Shown here piece after piece: positions 12,531 through 26,918 of a stretch of DNA of 64,000 bases. The notes beneath the pieces are model-generated. The model saw only the letters and a program-made list of their open reading frames with translations, was not told the DNA's origin and did not search any database. How positions within the stretch are numbered: the first letter of the stretch is position 1; each line of letters opens with the position of its first letter. Position numbers and translations under genes: made by a program. Source of the DNA: Phoronis australis (lineage: Eukaryota > Animalia > Phoronida); NCBI GenBank assembly GCA_002633005.1, contig NMRA01000394.1, forward strand, positions 62,001 through 126,000, given 5' to 3'.

Positions 12531-15500
12531 AAGCTAAATCCGACGCACGATTGCTTCTAAATTATATTCTACAGTTCCATTTTTATCTTTATTTAGCTTC
12601 TGCTACTCAAATTTGCCATATGTGGAAAAAGTTTTGAAATGTCTGCAGCATCGCCAAAATAGGGTTATACGGGGCTTCATCTGCACGAGTTAATTGCAAC
12701 CCTGAATTTGAAACTGGCGAACAAAGCAATACATTCCGCTGACGAATATTAGGACACACGGGGAATACTTGCAGAAGAGCGATGCCTGAATATCAGCATA
12801 AGACAGTGGAGTGACGGTACAGCAAGTAGTAAAGAGACCGATTTTCATTTTTTTCTGAATATGCGTTCAGTCGCGATTGAGGATGAGCAAGACAGAAATT
12901 AAAAACACAGGCAGTAGGACATTCGCACTTTGCAGGGCTATCACGGTGCCCCTTGATCTTAAACGCGCTTTGGAGTCTGTACTTCATTTTCAAAACTGAA
13001 ACTAAAAAAAATCCGTCTCATATCCCCTAAGTTAAAAGAGTGACTGGTCAATTTGACTTTAAAAAGCATTGAACAGGAATTTTTAACAGTTAATGTAACA
13101 TGTGAGGCATTTCAACGTTTGCCGACAAAAGATATTGCCTTTGGAAGTAAACTGATAACTGCGGCTGATTTGTAATTACATTGGATAAAGTGTCTATTTT
13201 ATACTTTTTAGTTTTCTTAGTACTCGGCTTCGTTCATTTTATTGGAGAATCACGCTACTGTCTGAATGAAAATAAAATAAATATTATACATTTGAGTGTA
13301 CCCTAAATTACATTTAATAAGGACCTTTCAGCATTTCATTCAAAGCAATTTCAGTGGCACAATTAAGTAAACTTCATCCATGCATTAATTCCGCCGTGCT
13401 TTCCGTCAAAAACCATTTTTTTGTTTTAGGCGACTTTCCGTTATGAAATTAAGAGTATTGTGTTCCGTACTTATCTTAGAAGTGATCTCTCGGAATGACT
13501 ATCAAGTTTCAGCTTACGCCGTGGCACATGTAAATATATGTCGCTGCAATGTATATCTATGGAGACTTTTCAGACGCTGTCACGTACATTTGCCGTTAAG
13601 AAGAGTTTAATTGATGCTTAAAATTTGCTGAAAACACCTTAAACTATTTAAGCAGTGCGTTTGCGTTACCTTTGCATGCCATGTAAAGAGACCGAAAGGT
13701 TGCCGTATTCTAACTTGGTATTGAGCTACGTTTAAGAGTCCTTAAAAGCGAAGGCAACCGTTTTTAGAGCCAGTTTGGTTACAGTGTAATGTTTTGGTTA
13801 GCCCGAATTCATTCCCACTGAAGTGAGTCAAACCCCCTTGTTTTAATTTATCTTACAGCCATGCGTCAATCTGGAACTGGCGACCGTGGTCCAAATCGTT
13901 TCTCCGCCAGATTTTTCACATGCACTTAAGACATCGTTTGACATCGGGTGCGTCAATGTGTACATGATTATTTTGTAACATATACATGTATATGCATTAC
14001 CATTGTTTGCCTTTTTCTGAGTCTCATTCATTGTGTCGAGAAGTCGCCTTGTACCGAGATGCGAGGGTCACGAGCTCTCGAAGAGTAAAAATGAGTTCCG
14101 TTTCACCGATTCCGGGCTGTTGACCGGATTTGGAGTTGGATCGTTCTTGTGAAGAATGTAGAGCTTCCTGTTCACGCTACAGCTGTTGTGGTGCAAAAAC
14201 TGTCGTGTGTGCAACAAACTTCTCTTATCTTCGGATTATGAAAGGGGCGTATACAATGAGATCATAAAGAGACCAGACAGACGTGGTCGAAAAAAGGTGT
14301 CATACCGTCAATATTTCCCAATTCTTTTTTCTTTTGGACCAGCGGGTATCACTATAATGACTCGAGGCCGCAAACTTGGCGTCACTGGTGCGTGTGAATT
14401 GACACGTCCGCAGCGTCCAATACTAACAAGAAACACAGCTTCACCATGTACGAAATTCACTTTTTGTGGTTGTAGAATCCACCCGTTGCCTGTCAATTAA
14501 AGATCAAACAATTGCCAAATCTCACATAGTTGAATTCTATTTCACTTTAGAATTTCCCGACAGCACTTGCTGTTTGAAAATAGACGATTCTGTAAAATAA
14601 TGTACAAGCAACAGATGTCCGTAATAAATCATTGCATAAACTAAGCTTGTAGGGGAAGATCTGGCACGCGAACGTGAGACACGGTTATTTAATTAGAACT
14701 CGGGAGTGTCGTTAACTTCAAAGTTTAACTAGGATAACAAGAAAATTTGTTTTAGTCCAAAATGAGACTAAAAACGGTGGCCTCCTCTTTTAAATCTCAC
14801 ACTTAACGTTTCACTGTTGTAAAGACATCCCAGACGTATGTTGTCATAAAATCATAATGTTGATGAGCATTTAACCCCTACACCAGCCCCTACACCAGCC
14901 TTAACCATTAAACAAAATTAAAAAATACAATTCCTGGGAGGTTCAAAATGGAGGGCGAGTGGCAGAAGTTCATTTTGTCACCCGTTGAAAAATTCAGTGG
15001 GGCTGAGCGATCACGAGTTAGCAGTTACGACCTTAACGTTCTAAGGTAAGTTCAGTTTGAGCGATAGAATTATCTGCGATCCCAGATGGCAGTTACACAT
15101 TGTCAGCAAGCGAAGTCTTTACTTGACAGGTAAATCATATCAACTGACTCCGAATGTCCAAAGCATTCACTTCTCTGCTTATCGACTCATAAGTAATCTC
15201 GGCATTGTGAAAGTTATGGTGTCGTTGACAGGATATTTCATTCCTCGCTTTCTTCAACCATCCTATTTAATTTATTAGAGTAAACAAGCCAATTTAAGTG
15301 CCAGGTAAAAGTAAATGGACGGGAGGGTAAAGCCTGTTTCGAAGGTTGTACACTGTGTCAGGGTTGTCAAACGGTTGCTATTACCAACGTATTCAAGATT
15401 TTTTACCAGCTCATTTGTCATCCTAGGACAACAATATGGCTAAGACTATGCGAATATTAAACAGTGTCAGCGTCTCCACTGGCCCCAGTAGAGACGGTGG

Positions 15501-16999
15501 CCATCCCATAAGCCCATTCATACGTCAGAAGCTCTTCGGCGAATTATCTATCACACTGATAAAACCATCAATGTCATGTTACTATACGTACCTTATGCGC
15601 ATAGAGGGTCACCTTATGAAACCGATGTTGTCTTTAACTCTTTCTAACTCGAAAAAGTACTGCACCGTAATCAAAGTTAATTTTCGAGCACCCCTTCGTC
15701 CAGTTGCACAAATTGGCAACTGGCCATTTTTACACTGCTCCCGTCTATTGAAAGGACGTCACATCTCTTTTTGCATTACCTTGTTGAGTCTCTGTTGTTC
15801 TTTAGCAAGGTAGGGTAGTGTTCTCACGCTACACATATCTATTCGAAACCTGCAGTAGCATTAAGTTCAGGAAGTGAAATAGCACAATATAAGCTGTAAT
15901 GACACAACCAATGACCAGACATGCATGTACATGGGTGCCTAAAATAAAACGAGCAGACACTTCTAGTGAATAAGGGCGCGTCTAAACTGGGCTAGATCAT
16001 AGATCTCGTGCACTCAGAGGTCCGGGAGTTCATTTACTGTCAGTCTTTGACTTTGTCGATGTGGGAGACGATTGAGTGTATGTTTGAACCGGTAGTTAAT
16101 TGGTTTCAAGTATTTTAACCAATACTTTTCATGCTCGGTTTTTAAACAGTTCATATACTTGGGCTGTGTTCAGTAAAATGATAGTCATTGACAAAACCGC
16201 AATTTTTGCCTACGCCTTTGAACTGGGCCTGAACAAGGTCACTTACATAACATATCATAAACATCAATATTCCTTTGGCTTTGAAGTGTTAACTAAAATT
16301 ACAAGGACTCTTAATTAATACGATTTTATTGTTTTTTCGCATATTTATTTCATCCTTTGCTACACAGCAGTCTTGCAGTGGGTATACAGGCTGTCTATAC
16401 AGCCTTTTCGTGGTAGTCTGGATACCTCCGCGGCCGTACTAGCCTTGCGGGTGTGCACAGACTGGCAGTCTATATAGGTTATTAGTCTTAGTTTGGATGT
16501 CCATTTCAAGGCCTAACTAATCTTGTGGGTGTATACATGCTGACGGTGCTGATAAAGACAAATAGATTGAGTAGCAGTCACCTGCCCTTGATACAATAAG
16601 AAAGGTCATGATGAACCTGACATTGCTGAGGAAGGCTTTGTGTTGCATCAACGACACAAGAAGCGACATGAGGCACTGTTTGAGCACCCAGTATTTTTTG
16701 CTATCATTATATTCGTCTTTTTAACGATTTTGAATAATAAGCATCCACGATTTTAAGAAGCCGATTAGTTTTTGGTTCAAGTGAACCATTTCGGGCCTGA
16801 AGAAGTAGTTGCTGAGTGATTGTTTCTCTTATCTGCATGGTGAACAGTTATTTCAAGATTTGACTATCATATAGGCAAAGTGAATCCACCATCGACAATG
16901 CCATCATAAATAGGTCAGCCCTCCTATTGTTTTGCTTCGTGGTCTTTTGCGTAACCCCACCCATGTCTTGTTAAATGCTCTGGTCATATCTCCAGTAAT

Positions 17000-17640
17000 T
17001 AACAACTAATCTGCAATTGGGACTTTCGAACAGTTGTTAAGATGATTGATTTTGAAAAACGGTTGAAACCTATGGAAGACAAGAACACACTGTCGATCAC
17101 GAAAGTTACTAGATAAGAACTACAAGACATGAAAAGGGAACTGGTGTCAGTGAAAGCACAAAATCGTGTCCTAAAGTCCAAGGTAAATGATGTAGAGGAA
17201 TTCAACTGATATTTATGGGAGAAGAGAGTATGGATGAAAACTGTGAATTCATTGTCCAGAAGTTTTTTCAAGAAGAAAACTGAATGTGTCAAATGACCCT
17301 GATAACATAGACCGATGCCTCAGAGTTGGAAAACTTACAAGTGGAAATGCAAGAACATCAACGAGAAGCGCTAGCAGTAATTCCTTCACAAACCGTCAAC
17401 CAAAATAGCGACCTGTTCTAGTGAAGTTCGCCAGTTATCGTTATCGTCAAGCCAACTATTTTCCCAGAGGACAAATTTAAAGAGCTTTCAGTTTTTCATA
17501 CCAGAAGATCTCAATGTGGAAAATTGCCGTCTCATGAGATCAAAAGCACCGAACTGAAAGAATGCTTGGTCAAAAGGCAGGGTAATTTTTGCTCTGCTGA
17601 ACGACAATACTGTGCAACTGACAACAAAGAGTGATGGCAT
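17000..17640 (+). mobile_element. LINE ORF1 relic (coiled-coil + RRM, L1-ORF1-like)
   Basis: Broken frames give ELQDMKRELVSVKAQNRVLKSKVNDVEE, IDRCLRVGK, RPVLVKFASYRYR and FIPEDL, the motif order of invertebrate LINE ORF1p. Confidence 0.6.
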
Positions 17641-17804
17641 GTAGTTCACTTTCAGAGGCTTCTATAGTATAACAATGCAGTGAAACTAGATACAGCGCTA
17701 GAGGTGTGTAGTTCATGTTCGATGTCCACTCAAGTGAAAGGACTACTAACTGGTGATGGAGACGTGGATATGTGCGTATTGTATTATTGTGACTCCTTCC
17801 AACC

Positions 17805-17818
17805 TGTGTGGGTGTGTG

Positions 17819-17858
<40 letters not shown>

Positions 17859-17877
17859 CGCGTGCGCGTGAGTGTGC
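17805..17877. repeat. (TG)n / (TGCG)n microsatellite
   Basis: Directly visible. Confidence 0.95.
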
Positions 17878-19529
17878 GGATGTGTTTATGTACTCATACA
17901 TGCACTTTCAATTTACTCAGAACATTGCTTAGTATCTTTCTTTAATACATGCCTCCATAACTCTGTGGAATACTGAGATGGTTAACATTAAGTTTATATC
18001 CTTGAATGTTCGACGCATACACCTTTCTGTTGATTACAGTTCGTAAAGCATTCGCAAATGTGGCGCCATTGATCATGCAAAGCAGTGTGGGTAACATTTC
18101 GGAGTTCACTGTGGGAATAACGTAGGTTGCCGACTCGTTCTTAATGGATGTTCTCGGGCTTAAAACATCATTTCAATATCGAGGGCTGCCTTTTAGCGCA
18201 CACGAAAAGCAAAATTTATTTGAAGGTTGGATCTATAGTCCGAAAGGCTGATAGTCAGAAATGAAATTCCCCAGACCGACAGCGGGCGACAGTCCGAAGG
18301 GCCGATATTCCGAAAAGCGAAGACACTTCGACTCTCATATAAATCACCCCATTGACACCTTCCTGGGTTTCTTGATACTTGAAGCTTGCTGTATATCCGA
18401 CATCAGAATGCATACATGTAACTGCTAACGTGGAAAATTATTTAACTAGTCTTGCAGAAAAGGCGTAAGTCTTTGAAGCACCGCCAACTTCGGAATCATA
18501 AATTTTCTGCGAAAGAGTCTTCTACGACTTTTTAAAATGCCATAAGTTTCACGAACTTCCATAAGTCAGACGTTCAAAGTTTTATTTTACGGTACATACA
18601 CGTATTTAGGCCCATGCGACTACATTTGAAGATACGTCTCTATTCGGAATTAGATGCTTGCACATTTATGCGAACCAAATGAGGAAAAATGTTTCATATA
18701 GCTCTGGCGCACCCTATCATTTAAAAATATACACGGTTCGCGCCATGCATTGATGATTATTGCAAATGAATGATGCCGGTTTGTTCTGTACGCCTGGCAT
18801 TTTTTCCGTGTACATGCATGTACGTGCCTCCACATTAGTTTACATTCAGGTAAAGTACTTACGTTTGCTTTTCAATTGAAAATTGTAGGCTTCTGAAAAT
18901 TTCCAAAAATTGCACCCCGAAAGAGCAGCCGGCCCATTCAAAAGAAGGAATTTGGATTGGGATGGAAAGGGTTTTAGTGACTTCGTGAAGTTGGACTTTA
19001 AACGCAATCGTGCAATTTGAGCTTTTAAAGTTAATTGCAACTTTTACGTGTGCGGTGAAGAAGACTCTGTTTTGGTTCAAATAATGTTATTATTCATGCC
19101 AGTTGCAGTTTATTTGTGTTGACAGAATGACAACACACGTTTTCACCGTTAACGGAATATCGTGCATATGGCATTCAGTTATGCTTAACGTTCAAAAGTA
19201 CATTGCTTCCAAAACAATGCCTTTATTTCCATCAGCGATTTTCAGAAAGAAACAGTCGCTCAGGCTCTCCTTCTGATATTTCCGAAATTATAGCAGGTAG
19301 TGGTTTCAATTAAAGTGGAGAAATAAGTACTTTCAAGTACAAAAAGATCACCTGAAATTGCTTGGAAAATGAAAAATAATATAAACTCACACTGTTTTTA
19401 CTAAAATCCTTTACGTCAATTTTCGAAACCATGTCATGATTGTGGCAAAGTTTGTTGTTAAGATTAAAAATTGCCCGTGTTTTTTTCACGCTACTAAATC
19501 GGCAAGTAATAGGCAACATCCATAACCAG

Positions 19530-20682
19530 GGCCCGGGCCCGGTCTCCAATCTCCGTACTCAGACTCATACTCATACTCGAGATTTCATACTCAAAATCGT
19601 GCTCTCTGGAGTCGTACTCGAAAATAATTACGAGCCAGAGAACAAAATATCGAAAGAGAACCAAGAAACACAGCAAATCTTAAAAAATAAGTCCTCTTAC
19701 GGTATCTCACCACTTCAATTTCAGTTCAGAGATAGTAGTTTTCATCTTAAATTTTCTTATTCTTCACCTTATTAACCCGCCGTATCACTGTATGTTATGG
19801 CCGCCATTCTACCTCTTCAATTCCTGGCAACAGGCGCATTGTAATCCCTTGTCGGCGAGTCATAACAAGCGTCGAAAGCAGTTGTGGGAAAAGTCGTGTG
19901 AGAAGTTTGCGCTGCCCTTATTTCGGTATGTGTGCCTACGTTTTGTAGGGTTTCCAAAAGACGAGGAGGGGAAGGAAGTTAAAAACAGTTCGCTTCCCTG
20001 TCAGGTACATTTCTCATCATAACTTAGTCATCTATTATTCCTCAATCCCCAAATGGAATTCCAGATTTTGTTTGCCGATTTCTAAGTAGACGTCTCGTCC
20101 CGCTCACTGCCACTGGTGAACTCTGACTGCACAAGTATTGTTTTTTAACTCAAGTGCCAAATGTCAACTCACTTAATACATCCCAGTAAAATACAAAGAT
20201 ACAGTATCAAAGTTTGACATCAGCTTAGGCCTACACAGCAATGGGTTTATGTGAAGACTAAATTAGCAACAGAGATGTAATGTGATAAGCTGTTACATAT
20301 TTCTTAGGACATTTTCGGGACTGGGTGAGGAACTCAAGAAGAAAAGCTTAATAATTGCCAAATGTATCAAAGAAATGGCATAAGAATATTTGTTGAAACT
20401 AAAAAATGAATAACAGTTGCAGAACACTCAGAATTCCACGTTGTAGACATACTCTTGTAGTTGTAGCGACAGCAGACGATAATGTAGGCATAGTTCTTGT
20501 GGTGGTCTATTCCAATAGGGAGCGATGAATCAGCGCGGCTTTACGTGATTTTGCATTTCACATCATAAGGAGTTCCATAGCAACTCGAGTATGAGTGTCA
20601 GTACGACTCCAGTGAGCACGATTTTGAGTATGAAATCTCGAGTATGAGTATGAGTCTGAGTACGGAGATTGGAGACCGGGCC
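19530..20682. mobile_element. PIF/Harbinger-like non-autonomous element (~1.15 kb)
   Basis: About 85-bp near-perfect TIRs (ggcccggtctccaatctccgtactcagactcatactcatactcgagatttcatactcaaaatcgtgctc...). Flanked by CAG at 19527-19529 and 20683-20685, a CWG-type 3-bp TSD. Confidence 0.8.
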
Positions 20683-20799
20683 CAGGTGTTGAACATGCCT
20701 TTCATTTTGGTCGTTTTAGTTTCACACCCACAGACAGGACTTTACAGGCGGGTTGCTGGGGAATCTCCTTCGAACACAAAAAATATTCCGAAAGCCCTT

Positions 20800-21105
20800 T
20801 GTGCATATCAACATGGCGGCAAAGAGGTCTATAAATATAGATATGACGTCATATGTTTACAAGAAACATACAGCACCAGGAAGTCTATTGGTAGATAGGA
20901 ATGTGAATGAGGAGGCACCGTTATTCTAAGCCATGGGACACACCATTGCAATGTAAGTGCTATTTAATTGAATATACTAATTCAACGTTTTAATTGACAC
21001 GGCAATTAAAAAGTTGAATTAATAAATATGTTTCTGTACTCCCGTATGAAGAAAGAGGGTTAAATTATCCTTGCTTGGAAATAGTTAATGGTTTAATTGG
21101 ATTAA
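20800..21105 (+). mobile_element. L1/Tx1-like LINE relic, left part
   Basis: YDVICLQETYSTRKSIGR*ECE*GGTVILSHGTHH matches the APE N-terminal pattern DI.CLQETHS..W..EWGG..SHG. It is followed by LPYEERGLNYPCLE..NWI, a post-RT pattern. Confidence 0.6.
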
Positions 21106-24100
21106 GAGTCACTGCATGAGAAAGTCAGGCAGATGCGGGAACATGACATATCACGGATTGTTTTGAAATATAGTTTAGTTTTACTCTTAGGTGGAATGGT
21201 CAACACCTAAAATAACTTCTTCACGGAAAACTGCCACCTCAAAATTCTTAGCTAGTTTATGGCTTCGGAAACCATCAAATTTTAGCATTTTTGTGGAATC
21301 ATTGTGCAAAAACGACAAATTAACAGAAACTAAGAATGACATACAGAATGAACACAACTTCTGTCTACATGAAAATGTAAAATTCATAGTTGAAACGTAT
21401 TCGCAAATTAGCTATTTTTGTTACTTATTCAACCCACCTGAGTCAAGCTGTGTAATTGGTGGAAATGCCCTATATGCGATTGTTATATCTTTTACCCCGC
21501 AAAAACACTCAGAAATGTAACATACTACATAAGAAAGCTGAGCCTTTGTAGAGTACATATCTATTAAAACATTCGTGGACAGGGACCTGTGTGTCCTGCA
21601 TGCTTTGATTGAAACCACCCACTGATATTGGTCGTCCTGTTCGCCATTTCTATCACACTCTCATTAACAAACCAACAAAGTTCTAAAGGTTTATCAGTAA
21701 CAAAAAACGATGTCAACAAGATCGTTAAGATTATTCCAAGCTTGAAATTTTAATTACATTAAAATTCTTGCGGCTAGTGCTCAATACTTTACAATTAAAT
21801 CTGAAATTACGACCTCAAAACAATGGCAATTGTCGGTCCCACAATGTCTGCGTGACGTCTAGTAACGTAAAGTGGTTCCGAAAAAATTAGCAACGTATAT
21901 TAACACGAGGCAAGCCAAAAATTATACTTGATTGAATGGTTATTGCTAACCATACTTTTTAAGTACCGAAGACCCACGGGGAGCACTGGTCCTGTACAGG
22001 TGAAAATCTTCCGGGTAGTAATTTTTCTGCTGCTCATGAGATGGCGCACCGGTTTACCGAGTCGGAAAAATGAACCTTCTGTTGAACAAGTTGTACTCAT
22101 TACGCAGTGCCAAGTAAATATTTTAGAGTGCGCCCAAGCGCGTAACTGAGAAATCCTACATTTTTGGCTTACTATCCAATGCATGCGGAAAACGTAAATT
22201 GGCTATTGCTATATCTATAGGAGTGTTTTCGCCAACCTCCACTCAGCAGTTCTTGAAGCAACGTTTCAGCCAGTTGTATTTACAATTAACACCGGGACTT
22301 CCATTTTAGTAATGACGATTGCAAAGTAAAGGACTGAAACGTAGATTCGATGAAGCATTTCAGGCTTAGGTGAGAATGGACCAGAAGATTCCAACCGTGA
22401 TTATAGAACATCCCTAACACAATATGAATTCGAGAAGTACATGAAAATACTACATAGGTCTAGGTCAGGAATGTCATTGGTTAATCTGGGCATCAGATGT
22501 AAAACCACTAGCAGAGATCCAGAATTTCAAAAGGGGCAAGTGCAGTGGTGCTATGAATTTAAAGTACAGACAGACTACGAAAATGTCAAATTATTTTACG
22601 TAAGGTATCGGTGAACTTAAGTGTTTTATTATCTAATACTCATGGAAACTCAGACTTGCAACACATAGGAAAACACATCAGTTCAGTATTTATTACACAG
22701 GAAATTTATACAACGCAGCCTTTGGTCATGGTTGACATCGAGCTATGGATAGGACACTTTGATTTCCCACCTGTAATATGATTATAGTGCATATGTGTAT
22801 TATACAAGTGTGGGTGTTAAAGCTGGTTGTGAACGTTAAGTCTTGGGTATGGAGATCTTTGATCAAAACAAGTAAAAATGAAATCATAGTCTACATCACA
22901 CCCCATTATTGTCAACACCATACAAAAACAGGAGAAACGGAAAGTGCTCTGGCATTATGATTCCAGGGATGTTCAAAATATGTAATATGTAAAATAAAAA
23001 ACCTTTATATGGTGCAGCATACATTATATTCGTCTGAAACAAGACAATCGCTGTCACATTCTTGCCAAATTCCATACATCAAGATACTTGGTTGATACAG
23101 AACCGCTAGATGACGCAACAGCACTCCGACATGTCCTAAAATTTATGCCAGGTATACTCTCCTCAATAATGTAACACATACATCAACTTGCACCCAGATT
23201 CATCAACAGAACTTTGCAAATATTGCAGCGCAGATAAACAAATTGCCACTCCGGGCGTCTCGGTGATTGCATCCATCAGAAAACCTGTCAGTCGTGATCA
23301 TCTCAATAGGAACACATTAGCAAAATTTCAGAACTATCCTCCAAGCGATTTCAAGGACAGAGAGGCTGCTGCCAGAAATAATAATATTTAGTGGCACAGA
23401 ATATTTCAAATCTAGCCGAAAATAGCAGTTTGTTCTCGTTTCCTCAACATAAACAAATATACCATATTGCACGAAAATACATCAAGAAACTTGGTAGATA
23501 TAGAGGCATACATAAGGAAAACCTAAATTGCCCTTAAGCAGTGCTGTAGTGGTGCGTAGGCACAGGTAGGAGCAACCAACCACCTTTTGTCATTTGAACG
23601 TAGTGCATACGCACCATAAGTTACGCTCGGTGCTCAAGGTGATACCCCTACAGAACTGCCATTAAAGGGCACCATAGGGGATCGTCCAATCAACAATCAG
23701 TGTCAGTCGTGCTCATCTCAATGGCAACGTTTCTGTAGATTACATAGGTACGCCAGGAAGTAGGAAAATGTGGCAGTCTCCATAACTGAAACTAATTTGC
23801 GAAATTTGATGAAAATCAGTCAAGGAACTTGCTAGATAAAGAGACTAACATGAAGAAGTGAAGTTGCCACTAGGGGCACAGTGGTAGTACATTCCAAAAC
23901 TCTCTTGCGTCATCTCATTTGTAAAATTTCACATTCATCAAGGATTTGGAGATGCAGCTAAGCAGATGCCAGACAAAAAGACCAGGATGACAGCATAATG
24001 GGCCTACACACGCATGCTTGCAAACAGTCATACAGAACAAGGCAAAAGTAATCAGACACTATAAATCTTTGCCCCACCTGATGACTAGTCCTATTAATGA

Positions 24101-26918
24101 AAACATGACTGGTAATAACTATTACCACAGCTTATTACACAGCTTATTACAGCATGTCTTAGTCACCATACTAACTTTCCTGTTTCCCTTCATTTTCAAT
24201 CACAAAGGAAGACCACTTTGACTACGAATTCTACTTTTGCCTCAGCTGTCACGGCAAGAAATCCCGTGTTATTTTGTCAGGATACGTTTGGCTTGTACTG
24301 TATATTAATGTATACATTCAAATAACCTGGAAATGACAGTTAAAGGGACACTTGGCGTGAGAAGTAATCTCACAGAAAATATCAAAGAATCAAACTCACT
24401 AGCAACATTACTTCATAGCAATAGAGACACCATAAGGTGCACAACAAAAATACAGTAACAATGATGATTACGATATACATGGATACTGCTCAAGATATTC
24501 AAACAGCAGTTCTATGATTGTGTCCTGCAGTTCTTGTTTGTTGAGAACACCTCATTGGATAGCCTTTTTGACCAATTTTCATGCCTTTGTTGAACGCATC
24601 AGTCAAAAACATCTTTACGCTTTCAGTCATTATTTCAGACCTTTATGCTGACTTCAGAGCCCACCCCATTGTGCTGTATGACTCTCCTGCTGTTTGGGTA
24701 CTAGCTGCCCGCATTTTTACACCTGCAAATGTAAAACTCAATAGATAATATATGTTACCTAGTCCATTGGCAGACTACATGTACCAGAACAACAATTGTC
24801 AAACACCCGTGAACACCACTCACTCACCTAATTGTAAGCTGATCCCTGTTCACACAAATCAAACACAGCTTTTGCAACCAATAATCAGTTCAAAAATTCA
24901 CGTGACTAAGAATCATGTGCATGACTCAGGGAAGAGTGTGTGGGGAGCGTTTAAAGGTAACAAAGCTGGATGCAACACCAGGAGCCATGCTATTTAGATG
25001 GGTAGCCATGTTTTGTTAATTCACAAAATGAGCTTACAAAATCCAAATGCTGTGGTCATAAGTGAGAGAGTTGTGCTGTTTGAGTGGTCTGATTGATACA
25101 TTAATCCACGTCAAAAAATCCAGCCTAAATTTGTGCGAATGTTCAAGCCATGGCTGCATAGGCTGTTGAGTAGCATGTTCCACAACAGCTTCAATTTTTG
25201 TTGGGTTGTAATATAGAACATCACACAGCGCATTTCCATGTTGACTATTAAGTCAACTTGGAACAGCCAGTGACTAAAATGCACAACAAAGGTTATATGT
25301 CAAACTTATGGATTTGTGATGCCAAATTGAGTTCAACGAGCGAGCATGCTGTTAGATTTTGAACTTCACCTTGTATACCAGTGACTTAGGCAACCCACTT
25401 TCTCTCCACATCAGCAATTATCTTCAAGTGCTGTTGGCTGTTTGACATGCCCATGCTATCTTGCTGCTTGCGTTCGTTTCGAGAGGCAAAAGTGATGTTA
25501 CAGCCATCTTTTGGACACAGGAATATCTTCGTCTTTCGATTGCTGAAACTAGTGAAAGGTCTCAATGAGGATCGATCAACATGACATTCCTCAACCACTA
25601 GTTCCACTGGTTTCCAATCAGAAGCAGGATTCCCCAAAACCACCCCATCTCCGATCCCATATGCTTTCAAAGCAACCACTTTTCTAGTTGAAATAGCTAA
25701 CTTAGTTGTAAGCAATAGAGCACAAGCCCTTTTTAAAAATCAAATAATGAAAGAATATTCCACTCCATCAAATATTTAACTTTTGTTTCAGACCTCATAC
25801 ACAGCTGAAACTAGTTCTCAGATGATATGACTAATCGCAGTGAGATTTCTGAGAAAAAATGAGTTGTTACGTAGCTCACCTTCAAATGAGAAGTTAAATT
25901 GACGTTGTCCTGGGATTGAGTGGTGAACATCCTTTGCATTCCTTGTGCTGCAAACGTAGACCTAGATACTGCCACATACGGTGCTTTGGCCAGTTCTTTT
26001 GTCTCTCACACTCCCATTCGTGCCAGATTGCCAATCAACTCCCATACTTTCAAGTTATCTAGTGCGTTGACACTTTTCAGGTATTTTACAATACCTTTGT
26101 TGTAAGTAACACAGCGGCTCGCTGGCTTTGCCGATTTCCTTCAGAGCGTGACCTATTTTCGTGAACCTCATTCCGTTTCTTAGCTAATGTCAATAACGCA
26201 ATATTTCGATAAAAGAACGCTCAAAGCAATTCTGGTTATCTTGAATAAAATTTAATATGATTTTTTATTACGATTTACTTCCAATTTGGATCATATTTTT
26301 CATGTTTTCTGTTTTGCCGCCCTCTATTGGTGGAAGTATGAAACAGGTGAAAGTGGTGAAAGTGCCTTCGCTAAAGCGTAAATTCAAGAATTAAAGAAGG
26401 TGCTGTCCACGGAAATAACGATGTCTTTTCAAAGACGAGAGCTGTAGCTACCACAAAACACATGTGTGGGTGGTGTGCGTTTTTGCGAGCTTGAATTACA
26501 TAGGCCTCTATATAGGTCTAAATTGGTAACTGTAATTGACCCGTGGAGTCAAGACATTCAAACGTTCCTTAAAAATATCAAAATACGCCATTCTGAATTA
26601 TTTTTGGCATTCTCAATTACAAAAAGGATAGTTGTGTATAACTCAATCAAATTTTTATTTTTAAACGCCCGCAAAGTGGTTTAATACCCATGGAAACATA
26701 GGGCATTTTCAACAGTCGCGCACAAGAGGTTAGGCCATTTTCTCACCCGATTTAGTAATTCGTTACATATTTACAAACTGAAAAATGATAAAACTAATTC
26801 TTATATTTTTGTAGCTAATTCACCCCAAGTGATATATGTACCATATCAAATTCAAAAGCCGTGACATGTCATGTTCCCATAATATTGCAAATTGCCTGAC
26901 GTTCTCATGCAGTGACTC
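21106..26918 (-). mobile_element. Sola3-like DNA transposon, internally deleted (5.8 kb)
   Basis: TTAA on both sides (21102-21105, 26919-26922). Termini GAGTCACTGCATGAGAA..GTCAGGCA..GGGAACATGACAT.TCACGG are inverted at both ends. Minus-strand transposase C-terminal fragments: KAYGIGDG..FLCPKDGCNITF (25386-25715) and MGWALKS*..FLTDAFNKGMKIGQKGYP (about 24560-24720). GAG..CTC ends with a TTAA TSD are the described Sola3 signature. Confidence 0.8.
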
